Positions 47,099-55,557 of a stretch of DNA of 64,000 bases are shown in pieces. Below the pieces are notes generated by a model that did not search any database, was not told the DNA's origin, and worked only from the letters and a program-made list of their open reading frames with translations. Made by a program: the position numbers and the translations under genes. Position 1 is the first letter of the stretch, and the number at the start of each line of letters is the position of its first letter. This DNA is from an uncultured Treponema sp. (GTDB lineage: Bacteria > Spirochaetota > Spirochaetia > Treponematales > Treponemataceae), in contig CAMKEG010000009.1 in NCBI GenBank assembly GCA_946411505.1, positions 18,016 through 82,015 of the forward strand. Reading direction: 5' to 3'.

Positions 47099-47599
47099 AT
47101 GTTATCTAAAACTTCAATCGTAATTTGCGGAATGCTTTTGCAGGGCGAGATGAACGCTTACGACATGCTCAAAATGATTGAGCGCATGAACATGCAGTAC
47201 TGGCATCCGATTGGTGCGACCACGCTTTACGAAACTTGCTTGCGGCTGGAAAAAAAAGGCTTTATAGAGGACACGGGCAGGGCGGAAAACAAGGCCGTTT
47301 ACCGTTTGACAAAAAATGGCCGCGCGGAATTAAAAGCCGCGATACGCGCCCTTTTTGAGCGCGTCGATTTTGATTCAGTCTGGTTTTGTCTGGCAGTGAT
47401 GTATTCCGGCGTTCTTACAAAAAAAGAGTTGGAAGCGGAAAAGAAAAAGCGCGCCGCCCTTCTTGACGACTACGAAAAAGGAACGATTGAAAACCGCGAG
47501 AAAATGCTCGCCGCAAAAGTTCCCTACATCGACATCTGCGCGATCGATCGAATGATTCAAATTGTGCGGATGGAAAAAGAAACGCTGGGAAAGTTATGA
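47099..47599 (+). CDS. PadR family transcriptional regulator
   Basis: GEMNAYDM..TLYETCLRLEKKGFI..VYRLTKNGR wHTH. Confidence 0.88.
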   Translation: MLSKTSIVICGMLLQGEMNAYDMLKMIERMNMQYWHPIGATTLYETCLRLEKKGFIEDTGRAENKAVYRLTKNGRAELKAAIRALFERVDFDSVWFCLAVMYSGVLTKKELEAEKKKRAALLDDYEKGTIENREKMLAAKVPYIDICAIDRMIQIVRMEKETLGKL

Positions 47600-48219
47600 C
47601 GGAAACGGAACTGTATAAAAAACTCGGACAGCTTACAAAGAACAAAGACGAATGGGAGCAAAATATTCCGTATGTCGCCGTCTTGCTGGAACATGACTCT
47701 CCAAAAATAAAGGCCAAAGCCTTGTGGCTGCTCGGCGAGATGGGGCTGAAATGGCCACGCGAAATTACTTGCTACGTTTCTTCGGTTGCGTCGTTTCTTA
47801 ACAGCGCAGAACCTCTTTTGCGCGAGCGCGCGCTCAACGCGCTTGGCAGAATCGGGCGGGCAGATTTTGAGCTTATAAGGCCTTACTGGAAAGATTTGTT
47901 CCGATTTGCAAAAGACGGCGCGCCGAACGTAAGGCTCAACTTTATTTGGTCGGCGGAAAACATCGCGACAAACACGCCGGACATTTACGCGGATTTTATG
48001 GATGTTTTTGCGGAACTCCTGCGCGACTCGGATGACAAAGCGCGCATGGAAGCGCCTGAGATTTTCCGCGTTCTTGGAAAACGCAAGCCGCAGTTTGTGG
48101 AACCATATATAAGGCTTCTAAAAAAGATTTCGGAAAGCGACGCGAACAGAGTCGTAAGAATTCATGCCTCTGGCGCGATTAAAGCGACAGAGGCATCGAA
48201 GTCTAAAACTTTTTTGTAA
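47596..48219 (+). CDS. HEAT/ARM-repeat protein
   Basis: Repeated (D/S)..P.(I/V/L)R..AL..LG pattern, with an ATGA overlap with padR. Confidence 0.8.
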   Translation: MTETELYKKLGQLTKNKDEWEQNIPYVAVLLEHDSPKIKAKALWLLGEMGLKWPREITCYVSSVASFLNSAEPLLRERALNALGRIGRADFELIRPYWKDLFRFAKDGAPNVRLNFIWSAENIATNTPDIYADFMDVFAELLRDSDDKARMEAPEIFRVLGKRKPQFVEPYIRLLKKISESDANRVVRIHASGAIKATEASKSKTFL

Positions 48220-48763
48220 TTATAATTTCAACTTTCTTTTCGTGGATGCGGACAACCACGTCGTCGGAAATGCTTGCGATGATGGACTTTTCCAATTCGT
48301 CCCAAGCTTCGCCCTTTTCCTTTCCGGCGTAAGAGCGGTAGGTGTCCAACGACCAGCTTCTGCCCATCTCGTAAAAGTTTCCGGCAGTCGCGCTGACTTG
48401 CGCGTAGTCAATCATCATCAACTGCGCGGCGACGAGGATTTTTCCCAACACGCCTTTGCCGGCGTCGTTCTTTCCTGAAGTGGAAATAGAAAGCAATTTG
48501 TCGCGCTTGTCGGAAGACATCGGCTTTGTCGGAACAAGGCTTGTGCGCAACTTGTACTTGTTGTTTTCCGCCTCAATCCAAAAGTCGCCCTCGGCGTACT
48601 CAAGAAGTTCAGGCAGCATCGATATCAATTCTTCGGCCATGAGGCGCAAGAGCTTTGTGTTTTTTTCGTCAAGCTTGTTGTAGGCCGCGGCTTTTTCCGT
48701 TTCGTTCAAGATGGCGGAAAGTGATTCTTTGTCGCCAGTGATTTTGCAAACGTCAGATTTCAT
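48203..48763 (-). CDS. Conserved hypothetical protein (possibly HATPase/anti-sigma-like fold)
   Basis: LRLMAEELISM..EGDFWIE..SGKND.GKG. SD GGAGG. The fold call is inference. Confidence 0.7.
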   Translation of the reverse strand: MKSDVCKITGDKESLSAILNETEKAAAYNKLDEKNTKLLRLMAEELISMLPELLEYAEGDFWIEAENNKYKLRTSLVPTKPMSSDKRDKLLSISTSGKNDAGKGVLGKILVAAQLMMIDYAQVSATAGNFYEMGRSWSLDTYRSYAGKEKGEAWDELEKSIIASISDDVVVRIHEKKVEIIITKKF

Positions 48764-48773
48764 TGTGTCCTCC

Positions 48774-50513
48774 TTAATTTTTTTTGCATTGCTTAGAGAA
48801 AGTCCTTGCTCCCTCTACGACAAGAACTACCGCAAGAATCGCCATCGCGCTTGCGAACACAAGCTGGAACCAGTTGCCCCAGTGGAAGGCTTTTGCGGCA
48901 AGTTCCGGAGTGGCCGCATGGGTCATTGCCGTAACCTTTGTGATGATCGTTCGGACAAGCTGGGTCAACGTTGCGCCAAGCATAAAGATTGTCGGAATGA
49001 TGAACATCTTGTTGTTCTTTCCGACTTCGCCCAACCATGCGGCCACGGCCATAAGCGCGATGCCGGCGAGCAATTGGTTGGCAGCGCCGAACAAGCCCCA
49101 AATCTGCGAAAGCTTTAGGCCGCCCAAAACGCAGCCGATTACAACCATCAATACCGTTCCGAACAAGGGAAAGGCCAAAACTTTGCGGACAGGACTCTTT
49201 GCGTCCTTATAAGTCGCCTCTCCTTCCTTAAGGAAAAGCTCGCTGAACATAAAGCGGCTTAGACGCGTTCCCGTGTCCAAAGAAGTCAGCGCGAATACAG
49301 AAACCGCCAAAGTCAAAAGCGCGTAAATAGCGTTGTTGTTGTCCGCGTAGCCGAACATCTTTGCGATGCCCTGCGCGAACGCAACCGGCGGCGCTCCTTT
49401 GAACGCTCCGTCAACGATGAAAGTTTTTGATACCATTCCGACCGCGATCAAAGAGATTACGCCAAGCGCGGACTCGATGAGCATTGAGCCGTAGCCGATC
49501 GCCTTGGCGTTCTTCTCGTTGTCAAGCTGCTTGGAAGTCGTTCCTGTGGAAATCAACGAGTGGAAGCCCGAGCACGCGCCGCACGCGACGGTGATGAACA
49601 AGGCCGGGAACATCGGGCCGATTTTTGTTGACCAGCCGGTAAAGGCGGGAAGCTCGAACGTCGCGGTTCCTGTAATCGCCGAGACGACGATTCCGACCAA
49701 AGCCAAAGCCATCATCGCGTAAAGCAGGAACGACGAAAGGTAGTCGCGCGGTTGGAGCAAAATCCAAACCGGAACAAGCGAAGCGACCGTGATGTAAACG
49801 CCGATAAAAACAATCCACGCCGTTCTGCTCATCGCAAAGCCAAAGTTCAATCCGATGACGACGGCCACTACGATTCCAATCAAGCCGATGACTGTCGCCG
49901 GCAAAGTTGAGAGGCCCAAGCGGTTTGTAAGAATTCCGTAGACGACGGCCAAGACGATGAACAAAAGCGAAATCATCGCGGTTGTCTGCGGGCCTGTCGG
50001 GTTTGAAACGATTCCAAAGGCGACTTTGCCGGCCGCGTTGGCGGCGCTGGCAAAAGTTCCCGCGACGACATTTACGAACGAGGCGATTACCAAAATCAAA
50101 ACCAAAAGCGCGAAAAGAATGAAGAGCTTCTTGGAAGTTTTTCCCATCGAAGCCTTGATGATTTCGCCGACCGACTTTCCTTCGTTGCGGGCGGAAGCGA
50201 AAAGGGAGCTAAAGTCTTGCAAGCCGCCGAAGAAAATTCCTCCGACAACGCACCACAAGAAAACCGGAACCCAGCCAAAAACCGCGGCCTGAATCGGACC
50301 GTTGATCGGGCCCGCTCCCGCGATTGAAGAAAAGTGGTGTCCCATAAGGACCGCCGGTTTTGCGGCGACATAATCCACTCCGTCCGCATTTTCTTGGGCG
50401 GGCGTTTTTCGGGTGGGGTCGATTCCCCACTGCTTTGCCAACCATGAGCCATAAAAAACATAGCCGCAGAAAAGCAAGGCGATTGCCGCGATGATGATAA
50501 GCAACGCTGACAT
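48774..50513 (-). CDS. cstA: Carbon starvation protein A (peptide/pyruvate transporter family)
   Basis: GHHFSSIAGAGPINGP, LLQPRDYL, ACGACSGFHSL, TSLDTGTRL and FGAANQLLA. Confidence 0.95.
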   Translation of the reverse strand: MSALLIIIAAIALLFCGYVFYGSWLAKQWGIDPTRKTPAQENADGVDYVAAKPAVLMGHHFSSIAGAGPINGPIQAAVFGWVPVFLWCVVGGIFFGGLQDFSSLFASARNEGKSVGEIIKASMGKTSKKLFILFALLVLILVIASFVNVVAGTFASAANAAGKVAFGIVSNPTGPQTTAMISLLFIVLAVVYGILTNRLGLSTLPATVIGLIGIVVAVVIGLNFGFAMSRTAWIVFIGVYITVASLVPVWILLQPRDYLSSFLLYAMMALALVGIVVSAITGTATFELPAFTGWSTKIGPMFPALFITVACGACSGFHSLISTGTTSKQLDNEKNAKAIGYGSMLIESALGVISLIAVGMVSKTFIVDGAFKGAPPVAFAQGIAKMFGYADNNNAIYALLTLAVSVFALTSLDTGTRLSRFMFSELFLKEGEATYKDAKSPVRKVLAFPLFGTVLMVVIGCVLGGLKLSQIWGLFGAANQLLAGIALMAVAAWLGEVGKNNKMFIIPTIFMLGATLTQLVRTIITKVTAMTHAATPELAAKAFHWGNWFQLVFASAMAILAVVLVVEGARTFSKQCKKN

Positions 50514-50529
50514 TTTTTTCCTCCTGTTG

Positions 50530-51042
50530 TTATATCGAGCCTATGAGTTTTTTGAGGCCGCGTCCGCGCCAATTCGTCGCAAGGCGGCCCGTCGAACTTT
50601 CATAAGCCAATGTCCTAAAACTGCTCCAACCGTAAAGGCCGAATTTATACGATTTGTAATGGTTTAATTTTTTGATTTTTTTGAACGCGTCTTCGCCGAT
50701 TTTTTCCGAAAGGACGATCAGCGTGATGTCCGTGTTGCGGTGGCCGTAGTAGGGCGTTATTCTGGAAAGGCCCCGCTCCCACGCGGCGTCTGCGATTTGC
50801 GCGATGTCGTCTTGTGTTTGCGGCGGAACATTGTCATTTGAATAGAAGAAAACGAATTCGTTGGAATCGATGTCCGCGACCTTTGCGGCCTTGACCAAAA
50901 AATACTGCTCGCTATGGGACTTGAACGCGGCTTCGGCGGCAAAGGGCGCTTCCACCCCCTCGGTTGTGACGTTGTAGTAGCGCTTGAACTTCTTTAAAAT
51001 TGTCTCCAACGCGTCATTGGCGCCCTTGCCAAGCTTATTCAT
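50530..51042 (-). CDS. Conserved hypothetical protein
   Basis: 170-aa ORF with backbone codon usage and a TATAAT 8 nt upstream. Confidence 0.7.
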   Translation of the reverse strand: MNKLGKGANDALETILKKFKRYYNVTTEGVEAPFAAEAAFKSHSEQYFLVKAAKVADIDSNEFVFFYSNDNVPPQTQDDIAQIADAAWERGLSRITPYYGHRNTDITLIVLSEKIGEDAFKKIKKLNHYKSYKFGLYGWSSFRTLAYESSTGRLATNWRGRGLKKLIGSI

Positions 51043-51271
51043 TGTCGCTTATTATATTAAGTATTGTTAAAGTTTGTCAATAGCCGCTCCGCTCGCGCTG
51101 TCATTCCTCTCTCATTGCGCAATTGCCGCTCATAGAATGCTATTTTATGCCTAATGGGCGTTTCGGTCAATAGAAGCGCGAATGCGGGCGGGCCTCTGGT
51201 CCGTTTTTTGGTGCAAGAAAATATCCCCAAACATAAAATTCTCCTCAAAAAAATTTCGCTTCGCGAAAAAA

Positions 51272-51350
51272 ATGCTCAGTGTACACTGAGCATAGGAATT
51301 GACTAATTCCTATGCTGCGAAAACGTTGCTACGCTCGTTTTCGCAGCATA
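51272..51350. repeat. Chain of three overlapping perfect inverted repeats
   Basis: 22-bp palindrome at 51272-51293, 12-bp stem with 4-nt loop at 51289-51316, and 15-bp stem with 10-nt loop at 51311-51350. Confidence 0.92.
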
Positions 51351-51376
51351 ATATAAATAAACAAAGGAGAAGTTTA

Positions 51377-51823
51377 ATGAATTTTAATCTTTTTGGAAAA
51401 AAAGGAACTGAACATATTATAGCCTCGTATTCAAGAGTTGATCCTGCAAAATATGAAGAAATTTGGCAAAAAGTTTTTGACGATACTATAAAAATGATTA
51501 AAGAATGTAATGTAGATTTTAAGAACTTTGCGAAGCAAAAAGATATGACTTTTTCAATCAGAAATTTTCCAAATATACTGGCTGAATTCAAAGAATACTT
51601 AGAACAAAACAGCTCTTTTGATGACTTTCAAATAACCAGTACACTTAGTAGTATAGAAATGAAAATGAGAGAAGTATTTATTACAAATCTCGAAAAAGAA
51701 CTTGGATTTGAATTTGATTCTCATTCTAAGATAGTGCTTGCGCAATACTTTTTTACAAATGAAACTGTGGCTTGGAGCGAGACTATTCACATCATTGAAT
51801 GTCTCAAAAAAAACAGTCAATAA
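51377..51823 (+). CDS. Hypothetical protein
   Basis: AT-rich ORF, with start set at MNFNLF after SD AAGGAG. Confidence 0.6.
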   Translation: MNFNLFGKKGTEHIIASYSRVDPAKYEEIWQKVFDDTIKMIKECNVDFKNFAKQKDMTFSIRNFPNILAEFKEYLEQNSSFDDFQITSTLSSIEMKMREVFITNLEKELGFEFDSHSKIVLAQYFFTNETVAWSETIHIIECLKKNSQ

Positions 51824-51848
51824 AGAAGTGGAAGTGGAGATAAATATC

Positions 51849-52403
51849 ATGGCAAATTTAGGAACGAAGCTCAAGGCCCTATTGGCGGCAGGATTGATTG
51901 GAACGGCGGGGTTGGGAATGCAGAGCTGCTCTAACCCGAGCGATTCAGTCTATTACCCTTATACAGTGGAGGCGCCGTCCACTGACAACCCGGGAAGCGG
52001 GGGCGGAACCGAGAACCCTGGCAATGGCGGGGGCGCGGAAACCTCCAACCCGAGCGGCAGCGAAGAAAACAGAGGAGAAACAGAAGTGACTTTTGATACA
52101 CTCGGCGTTAATGATATTGATGCCGCGAGAATAGCATCTACAGCAGCTATTAAGACATATAATGGAGTTAAGGCTAGTTTTTTTAAGAAGTTGGTGAGAG
52201 ATTTTGGAAAAGAAAGTGTGTATTTATATACTGGGAAAACATTTCAGTATGTATCAGAGGTAATAAATTTGGAAGATCCGGACCTTATCGTCCCAAATCT
52301 CATTGAGTATGCTAAGGATGACTATTATTATTATATTCCTGAAAGTATGAAAAAAAGCTTTAACCAAGCTATTGAGGCTTACAAAGCCAGCCATAACCAG
52401 TAA
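51849..52403 (+). CDS. Hypothetical lipoprotein with a Gly/Ser/Pro-rich linker
   Basis: Signal ..AGLGMQSC lipobox, followed by repeats TDNPGSGGG/TENPGNGGG/TSNPSGS. Confidence 0.7.
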   Translation: MANLGTKLKALLAAGLIGTAGLGMQSCSNPSDSVYYPYTVEAPSTDNPGSGGGTENPGNGGGAETSNPSGSEENRGETEVTFDTLGVNDIDAARIASTAAIKTYNGVKASFFKKLVRDFGKESVYLYTGKTFQYVSEVINLEDPDLIVPNLIEYAKDDYYYYIPESMKKSFNQAIEAYKASHNQ

Positions 52404-52407
52404 TTAA

Positions 52408-52436
52408 AAAGCCCTGAAAGCGATTTTCAGGGCTTT
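52408..52436 (+). terminator. Terminator copy 1
   Basis: AAAGCCCTGAAA-GCGAT-TTTCAGGGCTTT followed by an AT-run. Confidence 0.8.
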
Positions 52437-52509
52437 ATTATTTTAAAAATGGTTTTTCACAAAAATGTCCAAGCTTTATCTATATTATATTTAAATCAAA
52501 TTTATAAGG

Positions 52510-52935
52510 ATGGTAAAGCCTATGATTATTTATGACAATGAAGAAGAATTTTTATCTTCAGATGAAAGATTTATCGGTATAAACGATGAAATCTGGCAGT
52601 TTGTAAAAGATGAACTTCATATGACTGATGAAAATTACTGGTTTGATGTTGAAAATGCCATTGTTCTTTTTAGCAAAGCAATAGCCGAAAAGAAATTTAC
52701 AGCGCAACAATGCATTCATTATCTTCTTGAACGCGAAGACATTACATTCGCGCAAGTTGTAATACCTGAATTACTGAAAAAAGACGCCGCAAACAAGTTT
52801 AACCAAATAATGGCCAAATGCGAAGCTGACTTGAAGCAGCTTTTGACAAACGACGAAAATATGCTTCATAGTGAAGACAAAGAATTCGCCAAAACTCTTG
52901 ATTATTTGAAAGAACGAGGCTTCGTTTCTAAATAA
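52510..52935 (+). CDS. Hypothetical protein
   Basis: 141-aa AT-rich ORF between two near-identical terminators. Confidence 0.6.
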   Translation: MVKPMIIYDNEEEFLSSDERFIGINDEIWQFVKDELHMTDENYWFDVENAIVLFSKAIAEKKFTAQQCIHYLLEREDITFAQVVIPELLKKDAANKFNQIMAKCEADLKQLLTNDENMLHSEDKEFAKTLDYLKERGFVSK

Positions 52936-52972
52936 AGCCTTGGTTAAAAGCTCTCTTCAATTAAGAAGCGTT

Positions 52973-53001
52973 AAAGCCCTGAATGTTGTTTTCAGGGCTT
53001 T
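52973..53001. terminator. Terminator copy 2 (bidirectional)
   Basis: AAAGCCCTGAA-TGTTGTT-TTCAGGGCTTT, with the same stem as copy 1. Confidence 0.8.
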
Positions 53002-53007
53002 ATTTTT

Positions 53008-54291
53008 TTACGCCATATCCGTAGTGTATTCCAAGTTCGTAAGGTGTACATACTTGCTTATGTCGGGATTGTTAAGGCTGCAAACATCGAGAACTTCATC
53101 CACGCTTTTATCGGTGAAAATGAACTTTAAGTTGTTGTTGCCGCTGTATTTATAGTTTACGGTGACGGCGAGCTTTTCATAAACTGTATGTGGGGCGTTT
53201 GGAACTTTGGATATTCCACTTAATGCTGCTCCTGTAAATAGCGGAAAGTCCGCTTGATTGAAAGTTTGCCATTTGCTATAGCCAATTGCGGGCTCTCCAG
53301 AGTTTTCATCAGCTAAAAGGAGTGTTCCATCATTAGGTGGAAGACTATTTGGATAGTGCCACTGCTCGTTCCATGTATAAAACGAATTGTCAGCGGCAGG
53401 GTCTCTAGGATCTGTTATGAAAGTAATTTCTGCATTAAATGGCAGCGCGCTCAGCTTAGCTCCATCTTTTATATAAAGGCAGTCAAGGTGTCCTATGTCA
53501 CTGTCGCTCAATTTATAAAGGCTGGCAGCGGTGTCTTCAATGCCTGAACTCCAAATACCTTCATTAAATGTTACATTAAGTAATTGAATTGTAAAGGTGT
53601 TAGAGTCATAACGTTTGAATGCTAAATAATATCCACTTTCTGCTAAAACGTCGCCATTGTTTCGCCAAGTGTATATACGAACAGAGTTCCCATCTGGGTC
53701 TTTAATAATGTTTCCTTCTTCGTTTCTAGCCAGCTGATATTCATAGCAATATTCATTGCTTTCACTCCAGTCAACCTCGCCGCTTTTTTTAAAAGTGTCA
53801 TATACTGTATCGCCTTGCCTTTTATAGCTATCATTTTCTTTTTTATAGTAGCCTTGGCCTTCAATATAGATTCTTTCATCTTCCTGCGAAATGGAGTACA
53901 GTTCTTTGTCTTTTATGGCGTCGCTGAAACTAAGCTTCGCTTCCCATGACCCTGTGGGAGGAACAGCATTATATTTATAGTCGTCGCCTTCTTTCGTATA
54001 GTAATGGTCCATGCTTCCGTCAAGGCTGCAGTAGCCGTCCCGGACGCAGTAAAAATGGGCCTCGTTCTCAATCGAAAGGTATTTATTCGGGTCCGTTTCC
54101 GGCCAATTGGAGTTGGGGTACGCGTATTTTTTCTTGTCGTTGTACGGCTCGCCCTGGGCCAGCTCCTTCACCGTGGCCGCTTCGAACAGCTTCTCAAGCT
54201 GGAGCTGGGGAAAGCCTATGTCTCCCCCTTGGCTGGAATTGGTCACGCTATGGACGCCTCTTACGCGCGCTACTTCTGGTTTCAAGCTCAT
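53008..54291 (-). CDS. Hypothetical Tyr/Asp/Asn-rich protein, possibly 5'-truncated surface protein
   Basis: 427-aa ORF with no SD or signal peptide at the ATG. The frame stays open ~19 codons further upstream without a start codon. Confidence 0.65.
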   Translation of the reverse strand: MSLKPEVARVRGVHSVTNSSQGGDIGFPQLQLEKLFEAATVKELAQGEPYNDKKKYAYPNSNWPETDPNKYLSIENEAHFYCVRDGYCSLDGSMDHYYTKEGDDYKYNAVPPTGSWEAKLSFSDAIKDKELYSISQEDERIYIEGQGYYKKENDSYKRQGDTVYDTFKKSGEVDWSESNEYCYEYQLARNEEGNIIKDPDGNSVRIYTWRNNGDVLAESGYYLAFKRYDSNTFTIQLLNVTFNEGIWSSGIEDTAASLYKLSDSDIGHLDCLYIKDGAKLSALPFNAEITFITDPRDPAADNSFYTWNEQWHYPNSLPPNDGTLLLADENSGEPAIGYSKWQTFNQADFPLFTGAALSGISKVPNAPHTVYEKLAVTVNYKYSGNNNLKFIFTDKSVDEVLDVCSLNNPDISKYVHLTNLEYTTDMA

Positions 54292-54443
54292 AATACATAA
54301 ATTAGTCCCGCCGGGAAATTATGGTTGTTTTTTAAGGAGTTTTCACAAAATCACATCGATTTGTCTATAATATCTATAAGGATAAAGAAGATATATAGAT
54401 TTTCTAACAAAAGTTTGCTATAATCCATTAAGGAGGATTTGTT

Positions 54444-54638
54444 ATGGATCTGAATGAATTGGATTCAACCTGCGGCGTTTCAGATGACGATCTTACCAAA
54501 CGCTTTATTGAAGCCGTACGAATTGAAAATGAAATAAAGAAAGCAAAGGGAACTCCTATTTCATGTTATGACGTTGCGACAAACTCCGCTTATTTGCTTT
54601 ATTCAAATGGAACAAAAAAATATGTGCGAGCAAATTAA
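54444..54638 (+). CDS. Small hypothetical protein (possible antitoxin-like)
   Basis: 64 aa with strong SD AAGGAGG and an upstream TATAAT. Confidence 0.7.
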   Translation: MDLNELDSTCGVSDDDLTKRFIEAVRIENEIKKAKGTPISCYDVATNSAYLLYSNGTKKYVRAN

Positions 54639-54724
54639 GAAAACAGAGATTATTCTATGCCTGCTGCCGATGGAAAATCGAATAAAAAAGAAATTTATAC
54701 CCTGTGTCTATTCACTTTTTTTTC

Positions 54725-54757
54725 TTGACAAAAGTAGATACTTATGTATATACTTTT
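54725..54757 (+). promoter_or_regulatory. vapBC promoter/operator
   Basis: TTGACA followed by the inverted repeat AAAAGTAGATAC-TTAT-GTATATACTTTT (1 mismatch), which covers the -10. Confidence 0.75.
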
Positions 54758-54774
54758 AATAGAAGGAGGCGCTT

Positions 54775-55005
54775 ATGGCTTGCGCAAAGGTATTCAAAAG
54801 CGGGAACAGTCAGGCTGTCAGAATTCCAAAAGAATTTCATATTGATTATTCGGAACTTTTTATTAAGAAGATTGGCGCCACTATAATTCTCTTTCCTCGC
54901 AAACGACCTTGGGAAAATTTAAGAAAGAGCCTTTCTGAGTTTACTGATGATTTTATGTCTGAAGGCAGGAACCAGCCAAAAATCGAAACGAGGGAAGAAT
55001 TTTGA
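54775..55005 (+). CDS. vapB: VapB antitoxin (AbrB/MazE-type DNA-binding)
   Basis: AKVFKSGNSQAVRIPKEF..FMSEGRNQP. Confidence 0.93.
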   Translation: MACAKVFKSGNSQAVRIPKEFHIDYSELFIKKIGATIILFPRKRPWENLRKSLSEFTDDFMSEGRNQPKIETREEF

Positions 55006-55409
55006 TGTATCTGTTAGACACGAACATCTGCATTTTTTTAATAAAGAATAAGTTCCCGCATCTGACAAAAAAGATTTTATCATCGAAAAGCAAGAATCTT
55101 TTTTTGTCCTCTGTTTCAATTGCGGAAATGGAATACGGCGCCTCAAAAAGTCAAAACAGAGAAAAGAATCGCCAAGCCTTGCTGGATTTTTGCGCGGATT
55201 TCGAGAATGTTCTTGATTTCACGACTGAAGACGCCGAGGCTTACGGCCTAATTCGAGCGTATCTTGAAAAACAAGGAAACATAATTGGCCCTTACGACAT
55301 GCAAATTGCGGCGCAAGCTATGACAAGGAATCTTACTGTCGTTACAAATAATTATGACGAGTTTGTAAGAATTCCTTGGATAAAAGTTGAGGACTGGACT
55401 AAGAAATAA
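55002..55409 (+). CDS. vapC: VapC PIN-domain toxin
   Basis: YLLDTNICI, EMEYG, IGPYDMQIAAQA and VTNNYDEF, with an overlap with vapB. Confidence 0.95.
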   Translation: MMYLLDTNICIFLIKNKFPHLTKKILSSKSKNLFLSSVSIAEMEYGASKSQNREKNRQALLDFCADFENVLDFTTEDAEAYGLIRAYLEKQGNIIGPYDMQIAAQAMTRNLTVVTNNYDEFVRIPWIKVEDWTKK

Positions 55410-55557
55410 TTCAATTCCGCCAACTGACCAAAGACGACATACCTTCACCAAAAAGGCCTTTGACATGCGCCTGTAGCCCCGGCCCCGCGCCTTTTTGTCA
55501 GGAACCAGTCCGCGGCTTGTTGCCCAAAGACCGCGTTTTCGTTACAATAGTTCCATT

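Noticed and set aside
51080-51200. Possible tRNA or known ncRNA in the GC-rich intergenic stretch
   Set aside because: There is no cloverleaf, T-loop GTTCRA or CCA end, and only weak imperfect pairing. An Rfam or tRNAscan search would be needed to exclude other RNAs.
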